A program made the translations under genes and the position numbers. The notes beneath the pieces are model-generated. The model was given only the letters and a program-made list of their open reading frames with translations. It did not search any database and had not been told where the DNA came from. A DNA stretch of 64,000 bases from Octopus vulgaris (Eukaryota): positions 12,524,001 to 12,588,000 of the forward strand of contig OX597836.1 of the NCBI GenBank assembly GCA_951406725.2. The letters are read 5' to 3'. Of this stretch, positions 14,581 through 27,187 are shown piece after piece (position 1 is the first letter of the stretch; every line of letters begins with the position of its first letter).

Positions 14581-15029
14581 AGATTAAGGAGATAAAAGAA
14601 CGTGTGACATTAATAGATTAACCCACCGACCAACCGTTATGCCATCTATTACCAATTACTCATCAATGATCACCCGTCTGATTTGCTGTATCTTCCGTAC
14701 CAAGTTCCATATGCAATTCTTGCATGCACACATGCATGCGTGCGAATGTTCATATGAGCATCTGTTTATGCAAAAGATGTGAAAGGGATGGCAGGGATGG
14801 AGAAGTGAGTAGGTTTATGTATTCAACACCTGCCATAATAATTTCTGTGATAGGCTCACAGTAAATTGCAATTAAACATGCACTGGCTTGCACTGCTAAA
14901 ACTGCAGCCTGCTGCACACGTATTATTTGCAGTCTACTGCACTGCTTACATGGAAGTTAACTGCTGTGCGTGTATGCATTGCTGCACCGTGCATGCATCA
15001 CGAATCATCATTGTTGTTTAATTTAAACA

Positions 15030-15350
15030 TACGGTGGCACGTAAAAAGCACCATCCATATGTGGTCGATGCCAGCACCACCTTGACTGGCTTCCGTGCCG
15101 GTGGCACGTAAAAAGCACCAAGCAATTGTGGCCGCTGCTAGTCTCCCCTGGCACCTGTGCTGGTAGCACATAAAAAGCAGCCACTACACTCGCAGAGTGG
15201 TTGGTGTTAGGAAGGGCATCCAGCTGTAGAAACAGTGCCAGATCAGACTGGAGCCTGGTGCAGCCTCCTGTCTTCCCAGACCCCGGTCGAACCGTCCAAC
15301 CCATGCTAGCATGGAAAACGGATGTTAAACGATTATGATGATGATGATAG
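15030..15350 (+). mobile_element. RTE 3'-UTR copy with tandem GTGGCACGTAAAAAGCACC units
   Basis: Homologous to the reverse complement of 21175-21520; ends in (GAT)n. Confidence 0.85.
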
Positions 15351-15599
15351 TCAGCTGTAACACGTTGTCAACATGTAGGAACCAATTAATTTATGCTGGT
15401 TTAGATCCTTTACTGTAGAGGCTCTCAACCAGCATCCATATGGGCCCTAGGGATGGGGGCCCATATAAGACTTTTGGGGGTCCACATATACAATATAGTA
15501 AATTGGGAGTCTACGGTAATTTTTCAGGGTCCATCAAAAAATTGTGCTTCAAACCAGTTTGTGTGCAATTAATTAGTTATGCATCCAGGGTACTAACTC

Positions 15600-15900
15600 T
15601 TTTAATTGTTTCAGTCATTTGACAGTGGCCATGCTGGAGCACGGCCTTTAGTCGAGTAAATCGACCCCAGGACTTATTCTTTGTAAGCCTAGTACTTATT
15701 CTATTGGTCTCTTGCCGAACCGCTAAGTTACGGGGACATAAACACACCAGCATCGGTTGTCAAGCGATGTTGGGTGAATAAACACAGACACACAAACATA
15801 TACACACACACGTACCCACATATATACATGTACATATATACGATGGGCTTCTTTCAGTTTCCGCCTACCAAATCCACTCACAAGGCTTTGGTAGAAGACA
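15600..15900 (-). mobile_element. SINE family A, 5'-truncated
   Basis: Reverse complement of the family A body and tail (tgtttcagtcatttgacagtggccatgctggagc…ttcagtttccgcctaccaaatccactcacaagg). Confidence 0.8.
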
Positions 15901-17988
15901 TGATGATGATGATAACGATGATAGTGATGACAAAGACGATAACAATGACAATACTGATGACAAGCTGATGAGGACGATGATGATGACAATGCCAATAATG
16001 ATAAGCTGATGAAGAGGAGGAGGAGGATCATGATGACAGTTATGATGATGACATTAACGATGATGACACCAACTATGATGATGATGATGATGATGCTTGA
16101 TGTAATTGACTATTCCCTTGATAAAAAAAAAATGTAGATCTTTTCCCTGTGTTACATTCCACAGAGTATCAGAATCAGTGGAGCAGCAAATGAAATCCTG
16201 TCAGAATTTACATCGCATTCAGAGTCCAAATTCCTCAGAGGCACCGTCCCAGTCGAGAGAAACGATTGGTTGTGATCTGGAAGAGATCTGGCTGCTGTTT
16301 CTAGCAGACTCAGTAACCTATTTCTTTATTACCCACAAGGGGACAAACAAGGACAGACAAACGGATTAAGTCGATTACATCGACCCCAGTGCGTAACTGG
16401 TACTTAATTTATTGACCCCGAAAGGATGAAAGGCAAAGTCAACCTCGGCAGAATTTGAACTCAGAACGTAAAGACAGACGAAATACCGCTAAGTATTTCG
16501 ACCGGTGCGCTAACGTGTCTGCCAGCTCGCTGCCTTGACTCAGTAACCGTTTACTAGTTCCATTGTTGGCTCAGTTAAAACCTAGTGTGATTTATTCTAT
16601 AGCAGAATGTGGTGGTGAGCTGGCTGAACCATTTGCACATCAAGTAGAATGTTTAGCAGCGTTTCTTCTGACCCTTCACGTCCTAAGTTCAAATTCCACC
16701 TAGGTTGACTTTGCCTTTCATCTTTTCAGATTCAAATAAACAAGTACTGATCAAGCATTGGGCTCGAAACCCCTTCCCATAAATTTGGGGCCTTGTGCTT
16801 TTGTAAGAAAGAACTGAATTATTATTGTTGTAAGGCATATGGCAAGCTGGCAGAATTGTTAGCATGCCAGGTAAAATGCTTTGCAGTATTTTGTCTGTCT
16901 TTACGTTCTGAGTTCAAATTCTTCCGAGATCAACTTTGCCTTTCATCCTTTCAGGGGTTGATAAAATAAGTACCAGGTACATACTGGGATCGATTTTACC
17001 GACTTAACTACTCCTGGGTATGAGTATAAAAAATTACATTCTTCTGCTAAGTCATGTCAATTCAGTGTGAGCGAATAGGCCCATCAAACCAGTTTGATCT
17101 CAAGCTCAAATTCATGGTCTACACATCAGACCATGGTTGGGTGGAGAGAGCATGTTGAGGCCTTCATCATGTAGGGAAAAGTAGGCTCGTCAAACCAGTG
17201 TGATCTTGGGCTCAGATTCACACCCTCCACATCAGACCATGGTTGCTTGGAGAGAACATGCTGAGGCCTTCATCCTGCAAGGAACTGAACATGAGCAATT
17301 GAATCCAATTCAGTTGGATTTTAGCCCCAGGTCAGTCTTAACCCAAGCAGACCTATGACTAAATGATGTTCCAGCTGTGACCATCCTGTTCTTAGAGAAG
17401 TCTAGGACTATATTATCTAAACTAACATGACCTTTTCTTTTAATGATGCTAGTGTTTGACATAGAAGAGCTTTGGTTGCTATTTCTAGCAGTTTGATTAA
17501 TCAGAAAGCGGCATCCTTGCACACTCATTATGATGATGTTGTTTAATCTCATGGAGCAGATCCATAATCAGAGGCTTTCCACCTGTGACCACCCTGTCTT
17601 ATTCCTTGGCGGATTGTACCTGGAACCATGTACATGTAGTCTAATGGGCTCATCTTAATTATAACGTGGTGGGGTGTGATTTTGAGGGATGTGTTTAGCT
17701 GTTATTTCTAGCCAGTAGATCAGCCACAAGGTGTCAGTGGCATGTTATCTGGGCAGCGTGATTATAGAGGGAGGTGGATGTCTAATGTTTTTAATTCTCT
17801 CTCTCTCTGTCTTCTCACACACACCTGCATGCATGCACACACACACACACGTGTGTGTGCGTGTGTAGCTGTTTAATTAATGCTTTTATTCCATGAGTCA
17901 GCATCTTTTCGGTGTGTGTATATTGTAAATGTATACATTCATACATGTATGTATATATATATACATAAATAAAAATATACATACATAC

Positions 17989-18043
<55 letters not shown>

Positions 18044-18080
18044 TATATATATATACACACACATATATATATATATACAC

Positions 18081-18251
<171 letters not shown>

Positions 18252-18268
18252 CATATATATATATACAC

Positions 18269-18299
<31 letters not shown>

Positions 18300-18328
18300 C
18301 ACATATATATATATACATACATATATAT

Positions 18329-18372
<44 letters not shown>

Positions 18373-18646
18373 AACACGTACACACACACACACATTCATA
18401 TGTGTGTGTGTTTATGAATATGTGCATTCATATGTGTGTGAATGTGTGTATATATATATGTATGAATATTTACATTCATATATGTCTGTGTGTGTGTGTG
18501 TGTGGAACACATCTCATTAGTTGACCTTTCTTGCCCCCCTCTCCATCGCCCCTGCCCCCCACCCCAACTTTCACTGGTTTCCTGTTTACTTTATCCAAAT
18601 GTATAAATTATTACTTATAGAGAACGTGTTTGTATGTACATAGCGA

Positions 18647-18704
<58 letters not shown>

Positions 18705-19719
18705 GTGTGTGTGTGTACACACATACACACACAAAGATGAATAAATAATAATGATAAACAAGAAATATAGTTATAAGCTGTTTTGGGTGGGGGTGGGCAT
18801 TATTTAATCTTCTTATAAATCAGGGTCTTGTTGTTGTTGTTCACCATCTCTACCAATACTACCACCGCCACTGCCTCCATCACCACCACCTCCACCACCA
18901 CAACTGCCCTCACCACACTCCATCTACCAACACCATCTCAACCACCATCACCTCCCCCACCAGCACATCCACCACCAACACCATCTCAACCACCACCATC
19001 ACCTCCCTCACCAGCACACCACCACTGCCATCACCACCACCACCACAACTGCCCTCACCACACTTCATCTACCAACGCCACCACTGCCTCCATCGCATCC
19101 ACTGCCCCACCACCACCACCACCAATGCCATCTCTTCCATCTCCACCACCAGCACATCCCACCACCAACACCATCTCAACCATCACCTCCCTCACCAGCA
19201 CACCACCGCCACCTCCATCGCATCCACTGCCCCCCCGCACCCCCCCACCACCACCATTATTACATGGTCACTATGTATCCTAAATCTTTTACTTAAGTCT
19301 TCTACAAACTGGGAACACGTAACTGAATCTCTTGGGGAGGGCCCAGTTTTTTTCCCCCCTTCGAGTGAAACCCAGCAACATCCTCTCTCACCATCCTTCT
19401 TCATCTCTCCTCCATTTACCTGTCTTCATCTCTCCTTTCCATTTCTTGTCTTCACTCTCTCTCTCTCTCTCTCTCTTTCCATCTCATTTCCCTCCTCTCT
19501 CTCCCTCCTCCTCTCTCTCCATCTTTCTTCTCTGCCTCTCTTCTTCCCTTATTCTTTTACCAAATTTCCCTGTCTTTAGATCCACCTTTTAACATCCTTT
19601 CCCTCGTTTCTTTCTTTCACCTTTATTTCATTCTGCTTTCTACTCTCTTCTTCCTTTTCTTTCTCAGTTGTTGTTGTTGTTGTTCTTCTTCTTCTTCTTC
19701 AATTTTCCTCCTGGTCCTC

Positions 19720-19730
19720 ATTATTATTAT

Positions 19731-19771
<41 letters not shown>

Positions 19772-19981
19772 TTACTATTATTATTATTATTATCATTATT
19801 ATTATTATCATTATTATTATTATCGTTATTATTATTATTATTATCATTATTATTATTATTATTATCGTTATTATTATTATTATCATTATTATTATTATTA
19901 TTATCGTTATTATTATTATTATTATCATTATTATTATTATCATTATCATTATTATTATTATCGTTATTATTATTATTATTA

Positions 19982-20021
<40 letters not shown>

Positions 20022-20038
20022 CATCATTATTATCATCA

Positions 20039-20075
<37 letters not shown>

Positions 20076-20092
20076 CATCATTATTATCATCA

Positions 20093-20132
<40 letters not shown>
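19720..20132. repeat. (TAT)n/(TAC)n/(CAT)n compound trinucleotide microsatellite
   Basis: Seen directly. Similar (AAT)n at 32875-33110 and (CAT)n at 44975-45195. Confidence 0.95.
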
Positions 20133-20133
<1 letters not shown>

Positions 20134-20666
20134 GTGGTGGCAAGCTGGCAGAATCCTTAGCTAGCTGGACGAAAGGCTTCAGGTATTTCACCTGTCGCTA
20201 CATTCCGAGTTCAAATTCTTCCAAGGTTGATTTTGCCTTTCATCCTTTCAGGGGAGTTGATAAATTAAGTGCCAGTGAAACACTGGGGGTCAGTGTAATT
20301 GACTAGTGCCCTCCCCCACAAATTTCAGGCCTTGTGGCTTTAGTATTTCGTCTGCCGTTACGTTCTGAGTTCAAATTCCGCCGAGGTCAACTTTGCCTTT
20401 CATCCTTTTAAATAAGTACCAGTTAATCACTAGCGTCGATGTAATCGACTTGATCCCCTTGCCTGTCCTTGTTTGTCCCCCACTATGTTTAGCCCCCTAT
20501 GGGCAATAAAGAAATGAATTATTATTATTATTGAGTGAGAGAGCAGTGCATGCCATCAAAGTGACACTGAGGTAAAATATATGAAGCCCAGTATACCCAT
20601 CATGACTACCCGTCTGATAAGGGTACACTAGGCACATGCATCACAACCATATGTGTGCAACATATA

Positions 20667-20707
<41 letters not shown>

Positions 20708-20713
<6 letters not shown>

Positions 20714-21008
20714 ATCGACCAGTCCATCAGATGTAGTTGCACATCGCTGGTCGCAATGCGTTCGCATTGTTTTAGCCTTCGAATGACGCCACCCCGCTGG
20801 CGAAGCGAGCAGGCCAACAGAAGAAAGAGTGGGAGAAAGAGTGGTGAAAGAGTACAGCAGGGATCACCACCAACCCCTGCCGGAGCCTCGTGGATCTTTT
20901 AGGTGTTTTCGCTCAATAAACACTTACAACGCCCGGTCTGGGAATCAAAACCGCGATCCTACGACCTCGAGTTTGCTGCCCTAACCACTGGGCCATTGCG
21001 CCTCCACA
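20708..21008 (-). mobile_element. SINE family C (tRNA-Arg-like head), tail type i
   Basis: Minus-strand head gtggaggcgcaatggcccagtggttagggcagc…ggttttgattcccagaccggg. The same head and tail occur at 41190-41492. Confidence 0.8.
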
Positions 21009-21016
21009 TATATATG

Positions 21017-21162
21017 GAGTGGTTGGCATTAGGAAGGGCATCCAGCTGTAGAAACACTGCCAGATCAGACTGGAGCCTGGTGCAGCCCTGGCTTCCCAGA
21101 CCCCGGTCGAACCGTCCAACCCGTGCTAGCACGGAAAACGGACGTTAAACGATGATGATGAT
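21017..21162 (+). mobile_element. RTE 3'-end copy, tail-to-tail with the full LINE
   Basis: ggagtggttggcattaggaagggcatccagc…ggacgttaaacgatgatgatg, directly facing the inverted LINE tail across a short (TA)n. Confidence 0.85.
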
Positions 21163-21174
21163 TATATATATATA

Positions 21175-24100
21175 TCATCATCATCATCATCATTTAGCGT
21201 CCGTTTTCCATGCTAGCATGGGTTGGACGGTTCTGCTGGGGTCTGTGAAGCCAGAAGGCTTCATCAGGCCCAGTCAAATCTGGCAGTGTTTCTACGGCTG
21301 GATGCCCTTCCTAACGCCAACCACTCCGTGAGTGTAGTGGGTGCTTTTTACGTGCCACCCGCACTGGTGCCAGCCAGAGCTGGCAAACGGCCACGAACGG
21401 ATGGTGTTTTTTATGTGCCACCGGCACGAGGGCCAGGCGAGGCTGGCAACGAACACGAAACGGGGCGGTGCTGGCAACGGTCGCGAAACGGAAGGTTCTC
21501 TTACATGCCACCGGCACTGGTAACACATCTGCAATTTCCATTGATCGATTTCCATTGATCGATTTCGATTCTGATCCTCACTTGCCTCAATGGGTCTTCA
21601 CAAGCAGAGTTTCGACATGCCACCGGCACTGGTAGCACATCCGCAATTTCCATTGATCGATTTCGATTCTGATCCTCACTTGCCTCAACACGTCTTCACA
21701 AGTAGAGTTTTGTGTCCCAAGAAGGGAAGGTATGCATACGTAGGCTGGCTCCATCCCATGTAGAAGGCCACGGGTTGTGGACTCACTTGTCCTGCCGGGT
21801 CTTCTCGCGCACAGCACACTTCCAGAGGTCTCGGTCTCTAGTCATTTCCTCGGTGAGACCTAAAGTTCGAAGGTCGTGCTTCACCACCTCGTCCCAGGTT
21901 TTCCTGGGTCTGCCTCTTCCACAGGTTCCCTCAACCGCTAGGGTGTGGCACTTTTTCACACAACTATCTTCATCCATTCTCGCCACATGACCATACCAGC
22001 GCAAACGTCTCTCTTGCACACCACAACTGATGCTTCTTAGGTCCAGCTTTTCTCTCAAGGTACTTACACTCTGCCGAGTGTGAGTACTGGCATTACACAT
22101 CCATCGGAGCATACTGGCTTCATTTCTAGCGAGCTTACGCATATCCTCAGCAGTCACGGCCCATGTTTCACTGCCATGTAGCATGGCTGTTCGTACACAC
22201 GCATCATACAGTCTGCCTTTCACTCTGTGCGAGAGGCCTTTTGTCACCAGCAGAGGTAAGAGCTCTCTGAACTTTGCCCAAGCTATTCTTACTCTAGCAG
22301 TTACACTTTCAGCACACCCGCCCCCGCTGCTGACTTGGTCACCTAGGTAACGGAAACTATCAACTATTTCTAGTTTTTCTCCCTGGAAAGTGACAGAAGT
22401 TGGTCTCAGAGCATTTTCAGTGTTTATTGTTCCTGAGCATCTGCCACATACAAAAACCATCTTCCTAGTTAGCCTTCCTTTGACATTGCTGCATCTCTTA
22501 TGTGTCCATAGCTTACACTTGGTGCATCTTATAGAGTTTCTACCTACACCTTTTCTACAGATCGAGCAGGGCCATCTACCTGAAGGTGTTTGTGATTTGT
22601 CTACCTTCCTACTGATTACGACTTTGGTTTTAGCTAGATTGACTCTGAGGCCCTTCGATTCTAATCCTTGTTTCCACACCTGAAACTTCTCCTCCAGTTC
22701 TGATAGCGACTCAGCAATTAGAGCAAGGTCATCAGCATAGAGGAGCTCCCAAGGGCATCCTGTCTTGAATTCCTCCGTTATTGCCTGGAGGACTATGATA
22801 AATAGGAGGGGCTGAGTACTGAGCCTTGGTGGACCCCTACCTCTACCCGGAATTCTTCACTGTACTCATTTCCAACCCTCACCCTACTAGCGGCGTCCCT
22901 ATACATGGCCCGCACAGCTCTCACTAACCATTCATCTATCCCTAGTTTTCTCATTGCCCACCAGATAAGGGATCGGGGGACCCTGTCGAAGGCTTTCTCC
23001 ATGTCAACAAAAGCCAGGTACAGGGGCTTATCTTTGGCTAGGTATTTCTCCTGCAGCTGCCTTACCAGGAATATAGCATCAGTAGTACTTTTCCCTGGCA
23101 CAAACCCAAACTGCATCTCATCTAAACTAACTCTCTCTCTAATTAGTTGGGCTATGACCCTCTCCGTAACCTTCATCACCTGGTCCAACAGCTTGATACC
23201 TCTGTAGTTGTTTGTATCTAGGGCATCACCTTTACCTTTGTAGCAGTTGACTATTATACTGCTACACCAGTCATTGGGTATGACCCCTTTGTGTATCACC
23301 TGATTAACTATATGGGTGACTAGGCTATAGCCGACACTACCAGACATTTTGAGCATCTCTGCAGTGATTCCTGATGGGCCTGGGGCTTTCCCTGTCTTCA
23401 TGCTTCTAATTGCCTTAGCTACCACAGAACTATCAACTCGGATAGCTGGTCCCTCTGTTGGGTCAACATTCGGCAGACTCTCTTTATCCCATTCATTTTC
23501 TTCATTCAGCAACCTTTCATAGTGGCATCTCCAAACCTCTCTCTTTGCATCCTCATTTAGCGCAAGTGAACCATCTTCCATGCGAACACACTTCTCTCCT
23601 ACCACATCACGATTCTCTCTCACACACTGTCTTGCAACACGAAACACCTCCAGTCTTTGGTCCTCACGGCGCAGAACATTGGCAAATTTTTTCTTATCTG
23701 CTTCCCCTCTGGCTAAATAAACCTGTCTCCTAGCTTCTCTTTTGGCAGTCTGATACAATTCCCTGCTACCCCCATTTTTCCAGACCTTCCAAGCCTGTCT
23801 CTTTTCTCTAATAGCCCTGTCTACAATATTGTTCCACCACCACGTTATTCTAGGTCGAGAGGGGACTTTGCACCAGCCACAGATCTGGTCAGTGGCTCTC
23901 AGCAGGTTGTCCCTTAGAAACGTCCAGCTGTCTTCTACCCCCTGTGATGCTCTATCCCCTTCTACTTCGTCAGAGGCTTCAAGTAATATGTCCCTAAATC
24001 TCTGTCCATTTGCAGGATCTTTAAGCTTCCAGATCCTTCTTCTCCATATTTGTCGTCTTCTGGTTGTCCTCCTAGTCCTGATCCTAAAGTCACTAACTAC

Positions 24101-24916
24101 CAGTCTATGTTGTGGGGTACATTCTTCACCTGGGAAGGTTTTGGCATTTATAAGCAGCCATCTCTCCCTTTGCCTTGTAAGGATGTAGTCAATTTGGCTG
24201 GTATGTTGGCCCGATTGGTAAGTGACTAGGTGGCTGGTAGGTTTCCTGAAGTTAGTGTTGCAAATCATAAGATTATTTGCATCGCAGAACTCCAGCAGCC
24301 TGGTTCCCTCCTCGTTGCGGGAGCCATAGCCGTAGCCTCCATGTACGCCATGGAAGCCCCCAGCATGTCGTCCAACGTGACCATTGAAGACACCAGCCAC
24401 AAAGATAAGGTCTCTGTCGTTCGTCAATGAGGTAGTCTGCAGTAGAGTGTCATAGAATCGGTCTTTCTGTCCATCGGGTAGCCCCGACTGAGGAGCATAG
24501 GCTGATATAATGGTTGCTAAACTATGATGAAGCACTAATCTAATCTTAAGTATTCTGTCACTTACTCTGATTACCTCAATTACTTTATCTACCCATTTCT
24601 CAGCGATAAGTATACCCACGCCACCAACCCCGTCAGTATTCCCTGCCCAGAAAATCTTGTACCTGCGTTCCTTGCCTGTGAGGAACCTAGCTGATCCTCC
24701 TCTCCACCTTATTTCTTGCATGCAACATATATCCACACATCTCCGTTCAAGCATCTCGACTATCTCACCAGACCTACCTTTCAGAGTGCCAACGTTGAGG
24801 GTGCCAACCCTGAGGGTGTGGAAGGCATGGGCTCTAGAGACCCTGGGACGGTGGACAGTAGCTTCGTGTACCTGAAAAGAAAGCTCGCATTTGGCAGAAT
24901 TCATGTGCAAAAAATG

Positions 24917-24918
<2 letters not shown>
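21175..24918 (-). mobile_element. Near full-length RTE-clade non-LTR retrotransposon (LINE), antisense to EXT1
   Basis: APE endonuclease motifs (TLNVGTL, QEIRW, SAYAPQ, QIDYIL, QHRLVV), RT motifs (KAPGPSGI, YRGIKLL, QFGFVPG, FVDMEKAFD, HQGSVLSP, YADD) and an RTE-type C-terminus (RRLRWYGHVARM…RGRPRKTW). The ~600 bp 3' UTR ends in a (GAT)n tail at ~21175-21192. (TA)n flanks both ends. Confidence 0.95.
21783..24904 (-). pseudogene. RTE ORF (APE-RT-PHD-like finger), ~1040 aa if the single frameshift at the G4 run 22808-22811 is repaired
   Basis: ORFs 22793..24970 and 21783..22679 join when one base is added: …GSVLSP|LLFIIVLQAITEEFKTGCPWELLYADDLALIAESLSELEEKFQVWKQGLE…. The first ATG after the microsatellite is at 24904. 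The endonuclease GDFN motif reads GVFN (24389-24391). Confidence 0.88.
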
Positions 24919-24965
<47 letters not shown>

Positions 24966-25996
24966 CACACACAAACACAATGGATTTCTTCCAGTTTGCA
25001 TCTACCAAATCTTGTTCCAAGACTTTGGTCAGCTCAAGGTTAAAGAAGATAACGCTCGCCCAAGGTTCCATGCAATGAGACTGAACCCAAGACCATAGAA
25101 TTCGGAAACAAGCTCCATACCCACACGCCCACGTCTGTGCTTCTGATGAAGCAAAACTGTAAAGTTGTTGACTAAACAGAATTTGACAAGCTTTAGACAA
25201 TCTGGGTTCTGCACATTGTGTTTCGAGGCAATGCTGGTGGCCCTTCCTATTAGACCGACTGACTGGGTCTGGCACTGCAGCAAGCTTCAACAGGGGCTAG
25301 TACCCACCTCCTCCTCCACCTCCTCCTCTTATCTGTCTTATGTGATCTGCCTTAGAAACCCAGCTAGGAAACCCAAACTCCTGCGTTCACTGCACCAGCT
25401 GTTCTGTAAGTTTTGACAGCAGGTCAAAGGTGAACCCTGCATTCATTCATATAGCAAAATTTGTGTGGGAGATTCTGATGTTTGGAGACAGTGATGGCTG
25501 ATGGTGTCGGTGGTGGTGGTGGTGGTGGTGGTGGTGGCTGCAGTGGCAGCGACTATTGTTGTTGTTGTTATTGTCGTTAGATTGATGGTGGTGGTGTTGG
25601 TGGTGATAATTGTCCCTTCTATCTTCATGATGATAGTCGAGTCTTCTGGTGGCGTGGTTCCCTTCATGCGGTCGCAGTAGTCGAGTCTTCAAGTGGAGGA
25701 AGTGTTGGTCCTGCAATGGTGCTGCTGGTGGTGGTGGTGATGGCACTGAGGATGCTGGTGATGGTGCTGGGGTTGTTGATGGTGGTGGTGGTGTTCCCAT
25801 CATATATATATATATATGTGTGTGTGTGTATTTAAAGCTGTATGGATAAAACAACACGATGGTAGGATCATGGTTAAGATGCACACTTTGCAACGCCATG
25901 ATTTCAGGTTCAGTCCCACTGCATGGTACCTTGGGCAAGTGTCTTCTATTATAGCTTTGGGCTAACACAACGGGCTTCTCTCATTTTATATATATA

Positions 25997-26337
25997 GTGG
26001 AGGCGCAATGGCCCAGTGGTTAGAGCAGTAGCCTCATGGTTTCAATTCCCAGACCGGGCTTTGTACGTGTTTATTGAGCGAAAACGCATAAAGCTCCACG
26101 AGGCTCCGGCAGGGTGTGGTGATGAACCCTCACTCTTTCTTCCTGTTTTCTGTTGTACCTGTATTTCAAAGGGCCAGCCTTGTCACACTCTGTGTCATGC
26201 TGAATCTCCCCAGGAACTATGTTAGGGGTACGTGTGTCTGTGGAGTGCTCAGCAACTTGCACGTTAATTTCACAAGCAGGCTGTTCCGTTGATCGGATCA
26301 ACTGGAACCCTCATTGTTGTAACCGACGGAGTGCCAC
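25997..26337 (+). mobile_element. SINE family C, tail type ii
   Basis: Same head as above, then …caaagggccagccttgtcacactc…gtaaccgacggagtgcca. Inverted copies at 39040-39392 and 47540-47838. Confidence 0.8.
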
Positions 26338-26775
26338 AATATAAATATATTTCTATTTGTGGGTCTATGTTTGTCCTCCCAACCATCATTTGACAACCAA
26401 TGTTGGTGTGTTTACATCCCCGTAACTTAGCGATTTGGCAAAAGAGACCAACCAATAGAATAAGTACTAGGCTTACGGAGAATAAGTCCTGGGGTCGATG
26501 AGGTCGACTAAAGGCGGTGCTCCAGCATGGCCGCAATCAAATGACTGAAACAAGTAAAGGATAGAAAATATGAATAATACATTAGTTGTTTAAGTTCGTG
26601 ATTGGACATGCGGCAATGTACACATGTTTGTACAAGAGTAATCTACATGTGTGTGCATGCATGTTTGTATACATGCACTTCTCCTTGTGTGCATGCATGC
26701 ATAAGTGTGTGTATATATAATATATATATATATATGCATAATATAAATAATAAATGCATAATATAAATACTATAT

Positions 26776-26983
26776 ACTCTTTTACTTGTTTCAGTCATTT
26801 GACTGCGGCCATGCTGGAGCACTGCCTTTAGTCGAGCAAATCGACCCCAGGACTTATTCTTTGTAAACCTAGTACTTATTCTATCGGTCTATTTTGCCAA
26901 ACCGCTAAGTGACGGGGACGTAAACACACCAGCATCGGTTGTCAAGCAATGCTAGAGGGACAAACATAGACACACAAACATAT

Positions 26984-27014
<31 letters not shown>

Positions 27015-27187
27015 CATATATACGACAGGCTTCTTTCAGTTTCCGTCTACCAAATCCACTCACAAGGCTTTGGCTGGCCCGAGGCTATAGTAGAAAACAC
27101 TTGCCCAAGGTGCCACGCAGTGGGACTGAACCCGGAACCATGTGGTTGGTAAACAAGCTACTTACCACACAGCCACTCCTGCGCCTA
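26776..27187 (-). mobile_element. SINE family A, full-length
   Basis: Complete reverse complement of the consensus seen at 50571-50980. Confidence 0.85.

Noticed and set aside
18828-20306. Pro/Thr/His-rich and poly-Tyr/poly-Ile ORFs (also 1941-2297, 27832-28083, 44931-45395)
   Set aside because: They come from (CCA)n, (TAT)n, (GGT)n and (CAT)n trinucleotide repeats, with no splice signals or homology.
24905-24970. N-terminal extension MCVYIYIY… of the 725-aa ORF
   Set aside because: Read-through into the flanking (TA)n microsatellite; not part of the LINE protein.
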